Shown here: positions 1-13,435 of the stretch, one piece after another
Layout: every line of letters begins with the position of its first letter
How positions within the stretch are numbered: position 1 is the first letter of the stretch
NCBI GenBank assembly: GCA_964016885.1
Contig: OZ024741.1
Location: forward strand, 113,336,001-113,400,000
Length of the DNA stretch: 64,000 bases
Direction of reading: 5' to 3'
From: Eledone cirrhosa
Lineage: Eukaryota
Position numbers and translations under genes: made by a program
Notes under the pieces: model-generated
What the model was told of the DNA's origin: nothing
The model's database searches: none
Seen by the model: the letters and a program-made list of their open reading frames with translations, nothing else

Positions 1-77
1 AGCACAGTACCTCCGAAATATATATAATAAAATATATTTTGATTACGTTGAATGTCTATATTTATTAATATTTTGAA

Positions 78-125
<48 letters not shown>

Positions 126-126
<1 letters not shown>

Positions 127-316
127 GGCGGTGGATTGGCAGTATCGGTAGAGGGTCGGACGCCATGCTTTGACGTATAGAGTTACGGCCCTTGCAATTC
201 TGAGTTCAAATCCTGCCGAGGTTAACTTTGCCTTTCATCCTTACGGGGTCGATAAAATAAAGTACCAGTAATATACTGGGTCATTGCTGGCCTTGTGCCA
301 AAAGTAGAAACAATTA
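126..316 (+). mobile_element. tRNA-derived SINE, family A
   Basis: A-box-like TGGCAGTATCGG, B-box-like GAGTTCAAATCC, core GCCTTTCATCCTTACGGGGTCGATAAAATAAAGTACCAG, end GTAGAAACAATTA; more than 15 related copies in the window. Confidence 0.85.
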
Positions 317-359
317 TATATATATATATAATAGAATATAGTTTCCATTTATTTAATAT

Positions 360-392
<33 letters not shown>

Positions 393-602
393 GCATAACA
401 AGGTATCGTTTAAGGTAATCCAGCTAGAGGTTGTGAGTACTCTGTGTTGAGAATAGTTTTAACGTACAGCGTTGTTTGACTCAACAAGAAGTTTCCTTAG
501 TCGGGTGGCCAGTTTAAGAAGGTTCCTAGGCAGGTGGTTCTTGGAGTAATAATAGTAAAAGAATGAAGAATAACATGGTCGTCTGTATAAAAAGGGTTTA
601 TT

Positions 603-719
603 CACAGTATTAACAATTGTTTTATTAATCAGGTGATTCTAAAAGCCTCTGATCGTTAGAAATTACGTCACTCGACCTTGATTACAGTGCTTGCCTGATC
701 AAATCATCAGAATACTGTG
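603..719 (-). ncRNA. Hammerhead ribozyme motif (type I; GAAA changed to AAAA), Penelope-like
   Basis: Minus strand: CACAGTATT-CTGATGA-TTTGATCAGG...CCTGATTAAT-AAAA-CAATTG-TT-AATACTGTG; 9-bp stem I, paired stem II, palindromic stem III. Confidence 0.6.
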
Positions 720-774
720 TAAAGAAATATATATAATGTATATATGAGTGTGTATGCACATATATATATATAAG

Positions 775-1208
775 AGGTGAGGTGATAAAGCAGACCTTGC
801 CCAGTTGCACCTCTCAAAGACAATGACACAGGACCGTGACCTATGGCGTCATGCAGTAATACAGAAGATCCAACTTCCCATGGGAACAAGCCGAAGCTGA
901 AACATATAGACAATATGCTCCCAACCCCTCCCACTGCAAAGTAGTCATGGAGGTGTCATGACAAAAAAGCACCCAGCCCACACTGTAAAGTGGTCGTGTA
1001 CGCACCACGGAAAAAAAGCACCCAGCACTCACTGTAAATGTGGTTGGTGTTAGGAAGGGCATCCAGATGTAGAAATTAAGCCAAAATCAGTTCCCGTATG
1101 AACAAGACAAGGACACTCGACCTGACATTGCCCACAACAGGACAACCCGTCTAACCCATGCTAGCATGGAAGATGGACGTAAAACAGTGATGATGATGAT
1201 GATGATGA
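775..1208 (+). mobile_element. RTE-clade LINE 3' end with (GAT)n tail
   Basis: Encodes EVIKADLAQLHLSKTMTQDRDLWRHAV, matching the C-terminus of the 2247-2780 ORF; 3' UTR GGAAGGGCATCCAG...AACCCATGCTAGCATGGA then (GAT)n. Confidence 0.8.
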
Positions 1209-2102
1209 TATATATATATATATATGCATACACACTCATATATACATTATATATATTTCTTTACACACCTACAGAGACATATATTATTACATAGGAGGAT
1301 GAATTTAAACACTAAAACCCACACACCAACCAGAGGAATACAGTAACCACACATTATATACAATCACACATATTACATGCACTACATACAAGCAACACCA
1401 ACTCACAAATATAACTTTATTTATGAGTGATACATAAATAAAATAACGGTGGATTTTGCTAAAATGGTGCAGAAACCAGATATATATTTATTCAAACCTT
1501 ATCCTTAAACTTGTTTCGCAGACATAATTATGTTTTCGTCTGTGTTAACTGATAAAATATCTAATTTTTGTTTCTTTTACAAAGAACACGGAAGAATTTT
1601 TTAAAGCCATTACATAAATGGGTTATTTCGTATGTATCTTAAAATTGTTATATCATTTAAGATTGCTCCGATATACTCAAACATCACAATTTTGATTTTG
1701 TTTGGTTTTGTATTTCTTTCCAACGTCTGTTGGCAAACAAAATTTTTGTTTTCTTTTCCACCTATTCAGCAAAAAATGTTATTGTAAAAGTTAGAGTCAT
1801 CTCAGATTCAATTTGAGATATAATGAAAAGAAAATATTTATAGGCGCTAGCATAGCTATGTGATTAATGAGTTTGCTATGCAGCCATGTGGTTTTGGGTT
1901 CAAGTCATGCTGTACAGTAGCTCAGGCAAAGTGTATTCTGCAATGACTCATGAGTGAATTTCACTAGGCAGAAACTGTGGAAACAAGTCAAGCTTTTTTA
2001 CTTAGAAAATAAATTTCAACACTACTGTTTGGTGCTCATTCTGCTAACGTTTAAATGTTTTAAATAGTATTGTAAACACATGTGTGTATATATATATATA
2101 TA

Positions 2103-2740
2103 TCATCATCATCATCATCATCATCACCGTTTTACATCCATTCTTCCACGCTAACATGGATTAGACGGGTTGTCCTGGGTGCTTTTTTGTCGTAGCACCT
2201 CCATGACCTCCAGTGGGAGGGGGTGGGGCCATATTGTCTATACACTTCAGCTTTGGCTTGTACCCGTGGGTAGTTGTGTCTTCTGTATTACTGCATGATG
2301 CCAGAGGTCATGGTCGTGTGTCATTGCCTTTGAGAGGTACAATTGGGTAAGGTCGGCTTTTATCACCTCATCCCAGGTCTTCTTAGGTCTCCCCACTCTG
2401 CGGCTTCCATCGACTTCTAGTGCTCTGCACCTTTTTATGCAGCTGTCATCCTTCATACACATCACATGTCCATACCAACGCAACCTTCTCCCTTGCACAC
2501 AGCATTTGATTCCTCTTATGCTTAGTCTCTCTCTCAATTTGTTTATGCTTTGCTGTTCGCGTATATTACTATTACACATCCATCGGAGCATGCAGGCTTC
2601 GTTTCTTTCTAATCTATGCAAGTCTTCTACAGACTGTGCCCAGGTCTCACTACCATGTAACATTGCTGTTCGTATACACCCATCATACAGTCTGCCATTC
2701 ATTTTGAGGGAAAAGCCTTTTTCAGCTAGCAATATATATA
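2103..2740 (-). mobile_element. 5'-truncated RTE-clade LINE (RT C-terminal region)
   Basis: Peptide AMLHGSETW...MLRWMC...RRLRWYGHV...GRPKKTW is typical of the RTE ORF2 C-terminus; (ATC)n tail at 2103. Confidence 0.9.
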
Positions 2741-2865
2741 GTAGCGAAGGGTAACCTGGAAAGCAGGGCATGCAGTCCAATTACCATGGCAGAAAGTGGG
2801 GATGTGCAGCCTTACCCCCCTCCCCAATTCCCTCTAAATGACCCTCCCGGTCAAAGCCACATGTA

Positions 2866-3220
2866 GTGTTATCTAGTGTGTGTGTGTGTTATCTTTTTAT
2901 GTGTCTACGATTTAGTAAGCAGTCAAAATTCTGCTTGCCCCAAAGCTGTTATGTGTTTGTGTGTGTGCGTTATCTTTTTTTGTGTCTATATGTTTTAGTA
3001 AGCAGCAAAAATTCTGCTTGCTTCAACCGACACTGTCGTGTGTTTGGGTGTATATGTGTGTGTGTTATCTTTTTGTGTCTATGATTTAGTAAGCAGTCAA
3101 AATTCTGCTTTCCCCAAAGCTGTCGTGTGTTTGTGTGTATGTGTGTGTGTGTGTGTGTTATCTTTTTTTGTGTCTATAACTTTTAGTAAGCAGCCAAAAT
3201 TCTGCTTGCTTCAACCGACG
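2866..3220. repeat. ~90-bp minisatellite, about 4 copies
   Basis: Unit GTGTGTTATCTTTTT.GTGTCTA...TTTAGTAAGCAGTCAAAATTCTGCTT repeated four times. Confidence 0.85.
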
Positions 3221-3282
3221 CAATTGATCAACTCAAGATTCTATAATGCATGCACGGACAATTCGCCCCTATTATATATATA

Positions 3283-3622
3283 TCATCATCATTTCATTTT
3301 ACGTCCGCTTTTTTCCCTGCTTGCAAGGGTGGGACGGGAACTGATTCTGGCTTGATTTCTACAGCTGGATGCCCTTCCTAACACCAACCTCATTTACAGT
3401 GAGTGCTGGGTGCTTTTTTGCCGTGGCACCTGCACGACCACTTTGCAGTGGAATGATAGGGATCCCAGTCCCTATCATCTCATTTCTACAGCTGAGTAAA
3501 CTGGAGCAATGTGAAATAAAGTGTCTTGCTCAAGGAAACAACACATCACCCGGTCTGAGAATTGAACTCACAACCTTTCGATTGCAAGGCCAATGCTCTA
3601 ACCACTAAGCCATATGCCTCCA
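3283..3622 (-). mobile_element. tRNA-derived SINE, family B (CORE-like domain, RTE-type tail)
   Basis: Head TGGCTTAGTGGTTAGAGC...GAGTTCAATTCTC, CORE-like TCCTTGAGCAAGACACTT, tail shared with RTE LINE; near-identical to copies at 16556, 32388 and 61027. Confidence 0.9.
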
Positions 3623-3639
3623 TATATATATATATATAT

Positions 3640-3890
3640 AACCTTGGTCTTCCTCTTCCAGTGTGTCGATGTAAGGGCTCCCACAGGAGCACTGGATGTC
3701 GGTGAGCATGTCCAGCTAACCTCAGTCTCCTCTGTTTCACTTTTGAGCTGACTTTTGGTTAACATATGTTGATGCCCTAAGGACAGACACTGATCTGTTG
3801 GAGACGCAGGACATGGCAGCGATAATGATGGACAGAGACCGCTGGAGAGAACTCGTCCATGGATCTCGGGAATTTTACCCGCCCTAGAAT
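3640..3890 (-). mobile_element. Degraded non-LTR retrotransposon RT C-terminal fragment
   Basis: QRRLRLAGHAHRHP..LLWEP..GRGRP motif, RTE-like C-terminus. Confidence 0.7.
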
Positions 3891-5831
3891 ATATATATAA
3901 ACCTACAGTTAGTAGGCACTTCTTAACCAAATATACACCCCAACCCACTACCCCTACTTCATCCTCCCACTCCCACCCACACCACTCTTTCATTGTAAAG
4001 TTATGTTGGTACCACAGAACATCCAGTCCACACTAAAGAGGTTGTGTAGGTGTCACAACAAAAAGCACCCAGTCCACACTGTAAAGTGGTCATGTAGGAG
4101 ACATGGTAAAAAGGCTCCCAGTCCACACTGTAAATGTGGTTGGTGTTAGGAAGGGCATTCAGCTGCCAGATACAGTCCTATACGAGCGAGACACGGTCAC
4201 CTAATCAATCTTGCCTCAAGTGGGACAATTCCCATCTAACCCATGCTAGCATGGAAGATAGATATTAAGCGATGATGATGATGATGATGATATATATATA
4301 TATATAAGTAAAGAATCAATTTAGTCAATATGATTGACTAAATAATTTCAAAGCATTGTCTTTTCATGGCCACAGTTAAATAGATGAAACAAGCAAAATA
4401 ATGGTTTCCAATTTTGAGAGAGGGGAAGCAGATTAAATTTACTCCAGTGCATTACTGATACTTTATTTTATCGACCTCCATAAAATTGAAAAGTTAAGCT
4501 AACTTTGACAGATTTGAACTCAGAATGTAAAGGGATGTAACTATATACCACAAATTATGTTATCTGATGCTCTACTAGTACTGCAGATCCACCACTCTTA
4601 AACAAACAAAATAATAAAAGAACATAAAGGCAGTAAAATATACCAAACTGCCTCTGGTTCTATGATAAAAATAATTTGTTTTAAAGTGTTTATATTTTGC
4701 TAAAAACCTACCATAATTTTAAGGAAGGATCTTTGTTAAGTTATGTTTCAAACACCAGATTAGCTCTTTTGGTACCAAACCACCTAAATGATATAAAACT
4801 GCTCATTTTAAAATGCTTAACCTTACATTAAACATTTTCATCATAATTTTATTTTAGCTATTTTTCTTAAGCAATGTTCCAAACACCAGCTTACTATTCA
4901 ATTCCTTGAAATATTGGTTATTTTCAAAATTAAGTAAAACAAAAAGGCAATGAAATACAGTAATGAAAGTGTTAGTAATGAGAAAGTTATTTTACTAAAT
5001 TCTTGATTATTTGAAAAACATAGGCAGTGACATTTATTAGAAATATGGTAACAAACAGGTTAATGTATATAAAACTATCTAATAAAATAACTGTCAGAAA
5101 CAACTATAGTAAAAGAATGCAGAAAATATATTAAAATAGGCATACAATTAGGAATATGAATTATACAGACTTTTAACTCTTAACATCCTGTAATCAGGGT
5201 TAGGGCTATCATTAAAGCCACCTTAGCAGCAGTATAGGGCACAAAACTCAAATAGACCCATTACTGAATTTTCAAGGATAACAGTTTTATACAAATTTGT
5301 ATAATTAACTTAAATATATTGTAATTTTCTGCAAACAATAAATAAATCATTAAGCATTTTTGCTATGAACAGTATTGTGGAAATATACAAAGAAGTGGAG
5401 AGGATTGTATAATGTTATGACCTGTCACATGATTTGGCATGGGTAAGTGTTGATTGTGTAGCAGGAAATGCAGAATATATGTTCATTAGCTTACCAAACT
5501 GTAAGTTGCATATAAGTGGGAGAACTAGCCAAGTGCACTATATACATGGGCACTGCCTCTGCCTGTAATGACTTAAGAGAAAATATCTAAAAAAAAACAG
5601 GTTTGTTAATTCAAATGTTTACAGTATCTTTATGAATGAATAAATCATTGTGAACATGTCCAGCATTAGAGTAACAACTGTGAACTTAAACATGATGCAG
5701 TTTCAGTGCCTTATTGTACTTTACAAGAATGTCTTGCTTATGTGGCTTCATGCTGTACAGGATGTTAAGAGATGAGAGACAGCACTGGGTATATCTGAAT
5801 ACTTTGATATGGTGAACACAGTTTTTTGTAA

Positions 5832-5960
5832 TCAGTCACAACTGGCTATTTCATAAGATGATGGTGGAAGAAATTCAATTATCTTGACATAAGATTTAGG
5901 GAAAATACAACTCTGCTTTCTGTCCGATTTATTGAGCTTCTCTAGAACCCAACTGTCATA
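5832..5960 (-). CDS. Putative terminal exon encoding the C-terminal half of an SH3-like domain
   Basis: AG acceptor at 5961-5962, then YDSWVLEKLNKSDRKQSCIFPKSYVKIIEFLPPSSYEIASCD*; W...IFPxSYVKII resembles the SH3 signature. Confidence 0.45.
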   Translation of the reverse strand, partial: YDSWVLEKLNKSDRKQSCIFPKSYVKIIEFLPPSSYEIASCD

Positions 5961-6924
5961 CTATGTAATAGGGTTGTAAATAAAATTACATTGATATTTA
6001 TGTATTTACACTTGTGTGTGTATATGCATGTTTATCTGTGCCTATTTATCTATGTATATATATGTATACACAAACTCATGCTAGTGTGGAAAATAGATGT
6101 TAAATGATGATGATGATATATATATATGTACATATATATATTTTTATATATATTTATGTGTGTGTGTATACATATATATATATATATATACATTGCATAT
6201 ATATATACACATACATATATAAAAATATATATATGTACACACACACATATATATATATCATCATCATCATCATTTAACGTCTATTTTCCATGCTAGCATG
6301 GGTTGTATATATATATATCATCATCGATTAATGTCTATCTTCCATGCTAGCATGGGTTTGTCCCATTTGGCGGCAAGTTGGGTCGGGTGACCGTGTCTCA
6401 CTCATATACGAGAGTTTCTGGCTGGTTTTCTATGGCTGGATGCCTTTCTTAACGCCAACTACATTGACAGTGTATGCTGGGTGCTTTTTGGCGTGTCTTT
6501 TACACGTCCACTTTACAGTGTGGGCTTGGTGTTTTCGGACGGGTTTTCTATGGCTGGGTGCTCTTTTAACACCAACCACATTTACAATGTGTGCTGAGTG
6601 CTTTTTGTTGTGACACCTACACGATCATTTTATAGTGTGGGCTGGATGTTTTGTGGTACCAGTATAATATACATATATATATATGCTCATATCATGATAA
6701 TGATATACACATATATATTTATGTGCATATACATATACCATATATGTAATATATATACACATATACACATATCATACATATACATAACATATACCATATA
6801 TGTAATATATATACACATATACACATATCATACATATACATACATACTTCATATATATATACCCATGCAAGCGTGGAACACGGACGTTAAACGTTGATGA
6901 TGATGATGATGACACATAAATATA

Positions 6925-7750
6925 TCATCAACCTCATCGATTAGCCTCCATCATTCATGGGTAGGACGGATTGACCCTTGTTTAGCTCACCCGGGGCAGA
7001 TTTTGACTTGGTTTCTACAGCTGGGTGCCCTTCCCACCGCCAACCACATTTACAGTGTATACAGTGTGAACTGGTCACTTTTTGTCATAACATCTACACA
7101 ACCACTTTACAGAGTGGACTGGGAACTTTTTGTCGTGACACCTACACGGCCACTTTACAGTGTGAACTGGGCACCTCTGTCATGTCACCAACATGACCAC
7201 TTTACAGTGGGGCCTGGGCACTTTCGTTTTGGGACTAGGGAGCAGGGAGGAAGCTTGGGGAAAAATGTGGACAGGGTAGTAGGGAGGCATGGTTACCGCT
7301 AAGGGAAGTGAATGAAAATGGATAGAAATTTGAGGAAGGTGTTGCCTACTAGGTATAAGCCTCATCCTGAGAATGATAGAGGACGGGTCTTCTGTAAAAC
7401 TGCATAGCGCCAGAGGTCGTGGTCGTGTGACCTTGCCTTTGATAAGTTTAATTGTGCAAGGTCAGCTTTTATTACCTCATCCCAAGTCTTCCTAGGCCTG
7501 CCCACACCATGGTGACCATCGACCTTGAGTGCTTTGCACCTTATTATACAGCTGTCATCCTTCAAATACATCATTTGTCCATACTGACTCAATCTCCTCT
7601 CCTGCATGCAACAACTGATCCCTCTTATGCTTGATTTCTCACACAGTATATTTATACTTTGCCATTCACGTATATTGCTAGTGCACATCCAGCAAAGCAT
7701 GGGGGCTTCATTTCTTTCCAATCTTCGCAGGTCCTCAGCACACAGTGCCC
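6925..7750 (-). mobile_element. 5'-truncated RTE-clade LINE with 3' UTR
   Basis: WALCAEDLRRLERNEAPMLCWMC...GRPRKTWDEVIKADL; same family as 2103-2740. Confidence 0.88.
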
Positions 7751-8461
7751 AGATCAAAAATAAGAGAAGAAATAGAAAGATAGATTGGCTGAGCAAATAC
7801 TTGCAGTTATTGGTATTAGTATGCATGGTGGTGGTGCCACAACTGGTGCTCTTATTGTTGGGAGTGATATAAATATGCTCACATGCACACAGACACACAC
7901 ACACACACACATTTATATATACATATATACATACTCACACACATTCATATGTATACATATATAAACACACCATATATATATATATATATAATTATATGTG
8001 GGGAAAGTAAATAAGATCAAATAAAAATTTACCAATTTACTTCAATGTCCCAACTGCAGTTTCGCTGTAGTATGATGGCAGCTTTGAATATTCCAATAAT
8101 TTAGGATATTCCTCACTGTGAAGTCTCACAGCTCTCAATTCAAGAAAAATTCTGTTAACCAGTGATAATTTCAAATGCGAGAAGTATCATGTGATAGATG
8201 GTCAAGTGAGGGGTACTAGTAGGTGGACAATGGTGGGTAATAGGATTACTAGAAGGAAAAGTCCATTTCAACCTCATTTTTTACTCGACTGTAAGGGAAT
8301 ATAGAACAAATTTATTAAAAATACATATGCATAAGTATAGATATACATATGAGTATGTCCAACTATTGCCAGTTTCGCTCAATGAAGGAATTAATTAAAA
8401 TCAATTGTGTAGATCACTAACACACACACACACATACATACACAGACACACACACACAGAC

Positions 8462-8530
<69 letters not shown>

Positions 8531-8928
8531 ATCCTCTTATCCCAATATATATATATATATATATATTGGGTTAAGAGGATACTTTAGTTGAGCCAATAGT
8601 GTAACAACCTCCCCATGGAGAAAGGAATGTAAACTAAAGAAAAATAAAAAAAACTATAGCGTCATAATCACCTCATCGCACAGTAAAGGAAGTACTAACT
8701 ATATAAGGCTCTTAATTTACATCCTTCATCCCTTCTCCATTATTTTCTATCTTTTGTAATTCTCCAATGGATTTTTTTGTTCCATCGTTCTCATTCCTGA
8801 TTTTCTTCTCTTCTCTTCTCTCTTCTCTTTTCTCTCTCTTCTCATTTCTCATCCCATGCTTTAGACTCTCTTTCTTCCATTCTCCCCTTCTTCTCCTTCT
8901 TCTGCTCAATATGAGGCTATATTTTTAC

Positions 8929-8988
8929 CTGACCTTTTGCTATGCATATAGCAATCAACTGTTTACAGCTAGTCCTGCATTGAGATGC
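8929..8988 (-). CDS. Possible 60-nt internal exon (phase 0)
   Basis: tgtag|GCATCT...GGTCAG|gtaaaa; only frame 0 is open (ASQCRTSCKQLIAICIAKGQ); no homology support. Confidence 0.2.
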
Positions 8989-9127
8989 CTACAATTTTAT
9001 GAATATTTATATATACTCATCACTTCAATCCTATTCAATTAATGTTTACACACACATATATATTGTTATTATGTACAGAAATGTCTTCTATAGAACTACT
9101 TAGTGTGTATATATATAGGGAGCAATG

Positions 9128-9168
<41 letters not shown>

Positions 9169-9909
9169 TGCTCCCTAAAGTTTTTTCATCCAGTTCTTAT
9201 TCTAGAAAAAATTCTTTCAAAACAACCTTTTCCACTACTAATTAGGTTACCTAAGTAGGGGAATCTATCAACTAATGCTCAGGTACCTTTCTAAGATTAG
9301 AAAAAGTATAATTCACTTGTGCTCTTATAACTAACTATTCCTTTGCATCTACCCCATTCAAAGTCTACGTTTTCTCTTAGCCTGCTGGCTATCACACTAC
9401 CCATCTTTTATATCAATTGTTTATGTTGTGTATATTGAGCATTGCTATTTTCCTGATGGAATCACTTTGAGATCTTCTTTCCAACTTCTCAAGATTTTGG
9501 TCATTGCTATGTATATTTGGAGCCCTTTTCATTCTAATTTATGTTTCCACAGCAGGAATTCTTCTCAAGCTAGATGCAAGGCAAGTAATCTTGAGGGAGG
9601 TGAAAGTCAATTAAACTGACCCCAGTTCATGACCAGCACTTTATTTTATTGACCTCAAAATGATGATCTCAGCATGTATAGGTCTAGAGGAAATACTGCA
9701 AAGCATTTTGTCCAATGCACTAATGATTCTGCCGCTCTGCAAGAAGGCAAAACAATATTATTTAGTTTTCATCCTTATGGGGTCGATAAAATAAAGTACC
9801 AGTAATGCACTGGGTAATTGCTGGCCTTGTGCCTAAAGTAGAAACAATTATTTAGTATATATACACACACACTGACAGACAGAGAGATAGATGGAGAGAA
9901 AGGGGGGAG

Positions 9910-9966
<57 letters not shown>

Positions 9967-10499
9967 ATCTGAGAAAAATAAATAAGGCAATCTTTAGTAA
10001 ATTTATGTTACCACTGAAAACATATGAAATACTCAACATGTACAACATGGCTGCTCTCTGCTGCAGTATAACGATGGTTTTGTTCAACTGAAACAGAAAG
10101 ATCTGGAATAATTTATTGCACATGGTAATATACATAACAATACCAAATACAATAGAAACAAAAAATATTGTATGGATGATGATCATCATGCTAATGATGA
10201 TGATTGTTATGTTGATGATGATGGGGATGATGATGATAATGATGCCAATGACAATGTTGATGATGACAATGATAACCATTCTTCTTGTGCCATTAAGCAA
10301 ATTTCTGCAGTGTTCCCCAGCAAAGATATTACTCAAAGAAAAAACAATCAGTGAGCAACCAACACTACCTACAGTAGATTATTCTGATGCTAAGTTAGTT
10401 GACAACCATCTAATTTGTCTTTGTTAGCTGACTGTAATAATATGACACATCTATCTTACATTGAAAATCATTGACATAAACCATGGGTTTTATAACCAC

Positions 10500-11050
10500 C
10501 ACAGTTAGGATTACTACTGCCAATACCATAACCTAAATAACCTAAATAACCTAAATAACCTAAATAACCTAAATAACAATAACTACCTCAACCATTACCA
10601 CAACCACATCAACCATTACCCCAAACATAACCTGAACAAAAACTACTATCCCAACCATTACCACAACCACATCAATCATTACCACAACACAAACCTGAAT
10701 AACATCTACTACCACAATTATAACCTGAATAACAATCATTACTACAACCACTACTACAACCACAGCTTGAACAATTTCTACGACCTCAACTACCACTACA
10801 ACCATAGTTTTAACTACCACGACCCCAACTATTACCAAAACCACAGCTTGGACAACAACCACAGACACGATGTAAATCATGACCACTACAACTTCAACCT
10901 GAACCATAATTTAAACCACAATCTAAACCACCTCCATCACCAGCACAACTATCACCACTGCCACAACCAGAACCTGAAGAACCACTATCACAAGTACCAC
11001 TACCACCAGCACAAGCACCACCACCCCCAACAACGATAACCATCATCACT
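10500..11050. repeat. Low-complexity (ACC/AAC)-rich tract with (ACCTAAATA)x5
   Basis: Direct inspection. Confidence 0.8.
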
Positions 11051-11574
11051 ACTATAAAATTCCCAACAAACTCAAAGCCATTGGCAACAAAAAAGCAGTC
11101 ATATCGTCCATGACAAAATGAATTTCTTTTCAATATATGTTTCAATATATTTTTATGTTTGTATTATAAGATATACTCTTTTTCTCTGTTTTTCCTCAAA
11201 TATGTCTGCCAATACATGTGGGACAAATAATGGGGAACATTGAGGCTCCAATATATTTCAATTTTTAGTGAATATCTCGCTTGAATGAGGCATCGTTTAT
11301 ATTTTCTCATCAGGAGTATGAAATAAACCAATAATAATAGCTAGCTTGCATTGCTCTGCTTGTTGTTCCCATGATTGTTGAAACTACTGCTTCTGTTGAT
11401 GATGATAATACTGTTGTTCTTATTGCTGTTGTTGTCACTTTTGTTGCTGTTTTAGTATGGTATATGTCATTCATTGTTCTTAAAATCACCACCATCATTA
11501 TAATCACGATAATAATAATAATAATAATAATTATTATTATTATTAGTAGTAGTAGCAGCAGCAGCAACAACAAT

Positions 11575-12750
11575 GTGGTAGATTAACATCATCAGAGCAT
11601 TAGACAAATGCTTAGTAGTATTTGTTCTGGCTCTTTATATTCTAAGTTCAAATCTTGTCATGGTTAACTTTATCTTTCATCTTTCCATGGGTTATTAAAA
11701 TAAAGTACCAATCAATAACTGGGATTGATCTAATCAACTGACCACTGCTCCAAATTTCAGGCCTTATGCCTAAATTAGAAATAATTATTAGTAGTACCAG
11801 TAAAATACTGGGATCAATTTAAATCAATTTTCTCTTTTCCCCATCTGCTGTCCTTGTATCTATGGGTTGGCAGTATCGGTAGAACGTCAGACACCATACT
11901 TTGCAGCATAGAATGATGGCCCTTTACGTTCTGAGTTTAATCTCGCCGAGGTTACCTTTGCCTTTCATCCTTATGGGGTCAATAAAATAAAGCAGCAGTA
12001 ATGCACTGGGGTAATTGCTGGTCTTGTGTTAAAAGTAGAAACAATTATTATCATTGGCTATAGTAGTAGGAAAGCAGTCGATTAGCAGTATTGGTAGAGC
12101 ATTGGACAAAATGTGTTGCAATATTTAATTATGATATTTTACACACTGTGTTCAAATCCATCCAAGGTTAGCTTTGCCTTTCATCTTATGGATTCAATGT
12201 AATAAAGTACCAGTACTGCACTGGAGATGTTATAATCAACTTACCCTCTTCCAAAATTGTTGGGCTGGTGCCTAAATCAGAAACCATTATTATTGGATTG
12301 GCAGTATCGGTAGAGGGTCGGACGCCATGCTTTCCAGCATAGTTACGTCCCTTTACGATCTGAGTTCAAATCCCGCCGAGGTTGACTTTGCCTTTCATCC
12401 TTACGGGGTCGATAAAATAAAGTACCAGTAATGCACTGGGTAATTGCTGGCCTTGTGCCTAAAGTAGAAACAATTATTATTTACAGTAGTAACAGTGGTA
12501 GAAGTAGCAGTAGTAATATTGTTATTTTTACTGTTCCTACTATCATCAAGGTAGTGGATTGGCAGTCTTTATAAAGTCTCAGACAACATGCTTTGCAGCA
12601 TATAGTTATAGCCCTGTATGTTCTGAGTTCAAATCATGCTGAGGTTAACTTTGTCTTTCATCCTTATGGGAAGCACTGGAGTCAATTTAATTGACTTTCC
12701 TTTTCTCTTCAAATTGCTGGCCTTATGCCAAATGTTGAAGCAATTATTAT
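11575..12750 (+). mobile_element. Tandem cluster of about 6 family-A SINE copies of different ages
   Basis: Repeated GGCAGTATCGGTAG...GAGTTCAAAT...CTTTCATCC...GTAGAAACAATTA units; the 12295-12478 copy is closest to consensus. Confidence 0.85.
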
Positions 12751-13306
12751 TAGTAATAGCAGCAGTAGTAGTTGTAGAAGCAGCAATATTGTTTATATTA
12801 TTACTACTATCATCATCATTAATATTGTTATTATTAACATTCATTTATTTTTCTTTTAATTTATTTCTTTTTTTATATTAGTATTGTATTCCTCCCCATG
12901 AAATTGAATGGATTGACCGAGTTCATATTTAATGCAACAATTTTCATGTGGAAATGAGTTTTTGAATTTCATATTATGTTTGAAATGAAGAATATTTAAA
13001 TCATAGTTAAGACAATTTGACAGCCTCAGATTTAATTTAGGGAACAGAAGTTGATATTCTTTTCCTATAAATAAATATCTGTGTGTATATATATATATCT
13101 ATGTGTGTATATATATATATATACACACACATGTATTAGTATTAACGTTATTTTATTTGATCTGTTTCAAATGAATATATTTTGTTAATAAGTTTGCCCA
13201 GTTCACAGAATATAATCTATATATTAGAACCACATTTTCATCATAACTGTGCTTCAGCTTATTCATTCTGACAATTTTCATTTTTATTATATTTATTTTG
13301 TTTTGT

Positions 13307-13435
13307 TTAACTTATTTTGTTTCTGTTTTTAAGATGTGTTTTGCTTCTTTCCAAAGCAATCATGCTCTCAACAAACTCTATAACATTAAGACATGGTGTG
13401 TTATCTAGAATGTTCTCTTGGCTGCAACATTTATT
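13307..13435 (-). CDS. Possible terminal coding exon, unknown protein
   Basis: ttttggttgtttatag acceptor, then NKCCSQENILDNTPCLNVIEFVESMIALERSKTHLKNRNKIS*; the other two frames close earlier. Confidence 0.25.
   Translation of the reverse strand, partial: NKCCSQENILDNTPCLNVIEFVESMIALERSKTHLKNRNKIS

Noticed and set aside
3369-3608. Recurrent 79-aa ORF MPFLTPT...GQCSNH (also at 61119, 32524, 16526)
   Set aside because: Antisense reading of family-B SINE; similarity reflects repeat copies
3550-3622. tRNA gene
   Set aside because: tRNA-like head continues into a SINE body; no complete cloverleaf or terminator
9848-11586. Poly-Met/Asp/Ile/Val/Thr mucin-like ORFs
   Set aside because: Trinucleotide low-complexity sequence with interspersed stops and no convincing splice structure
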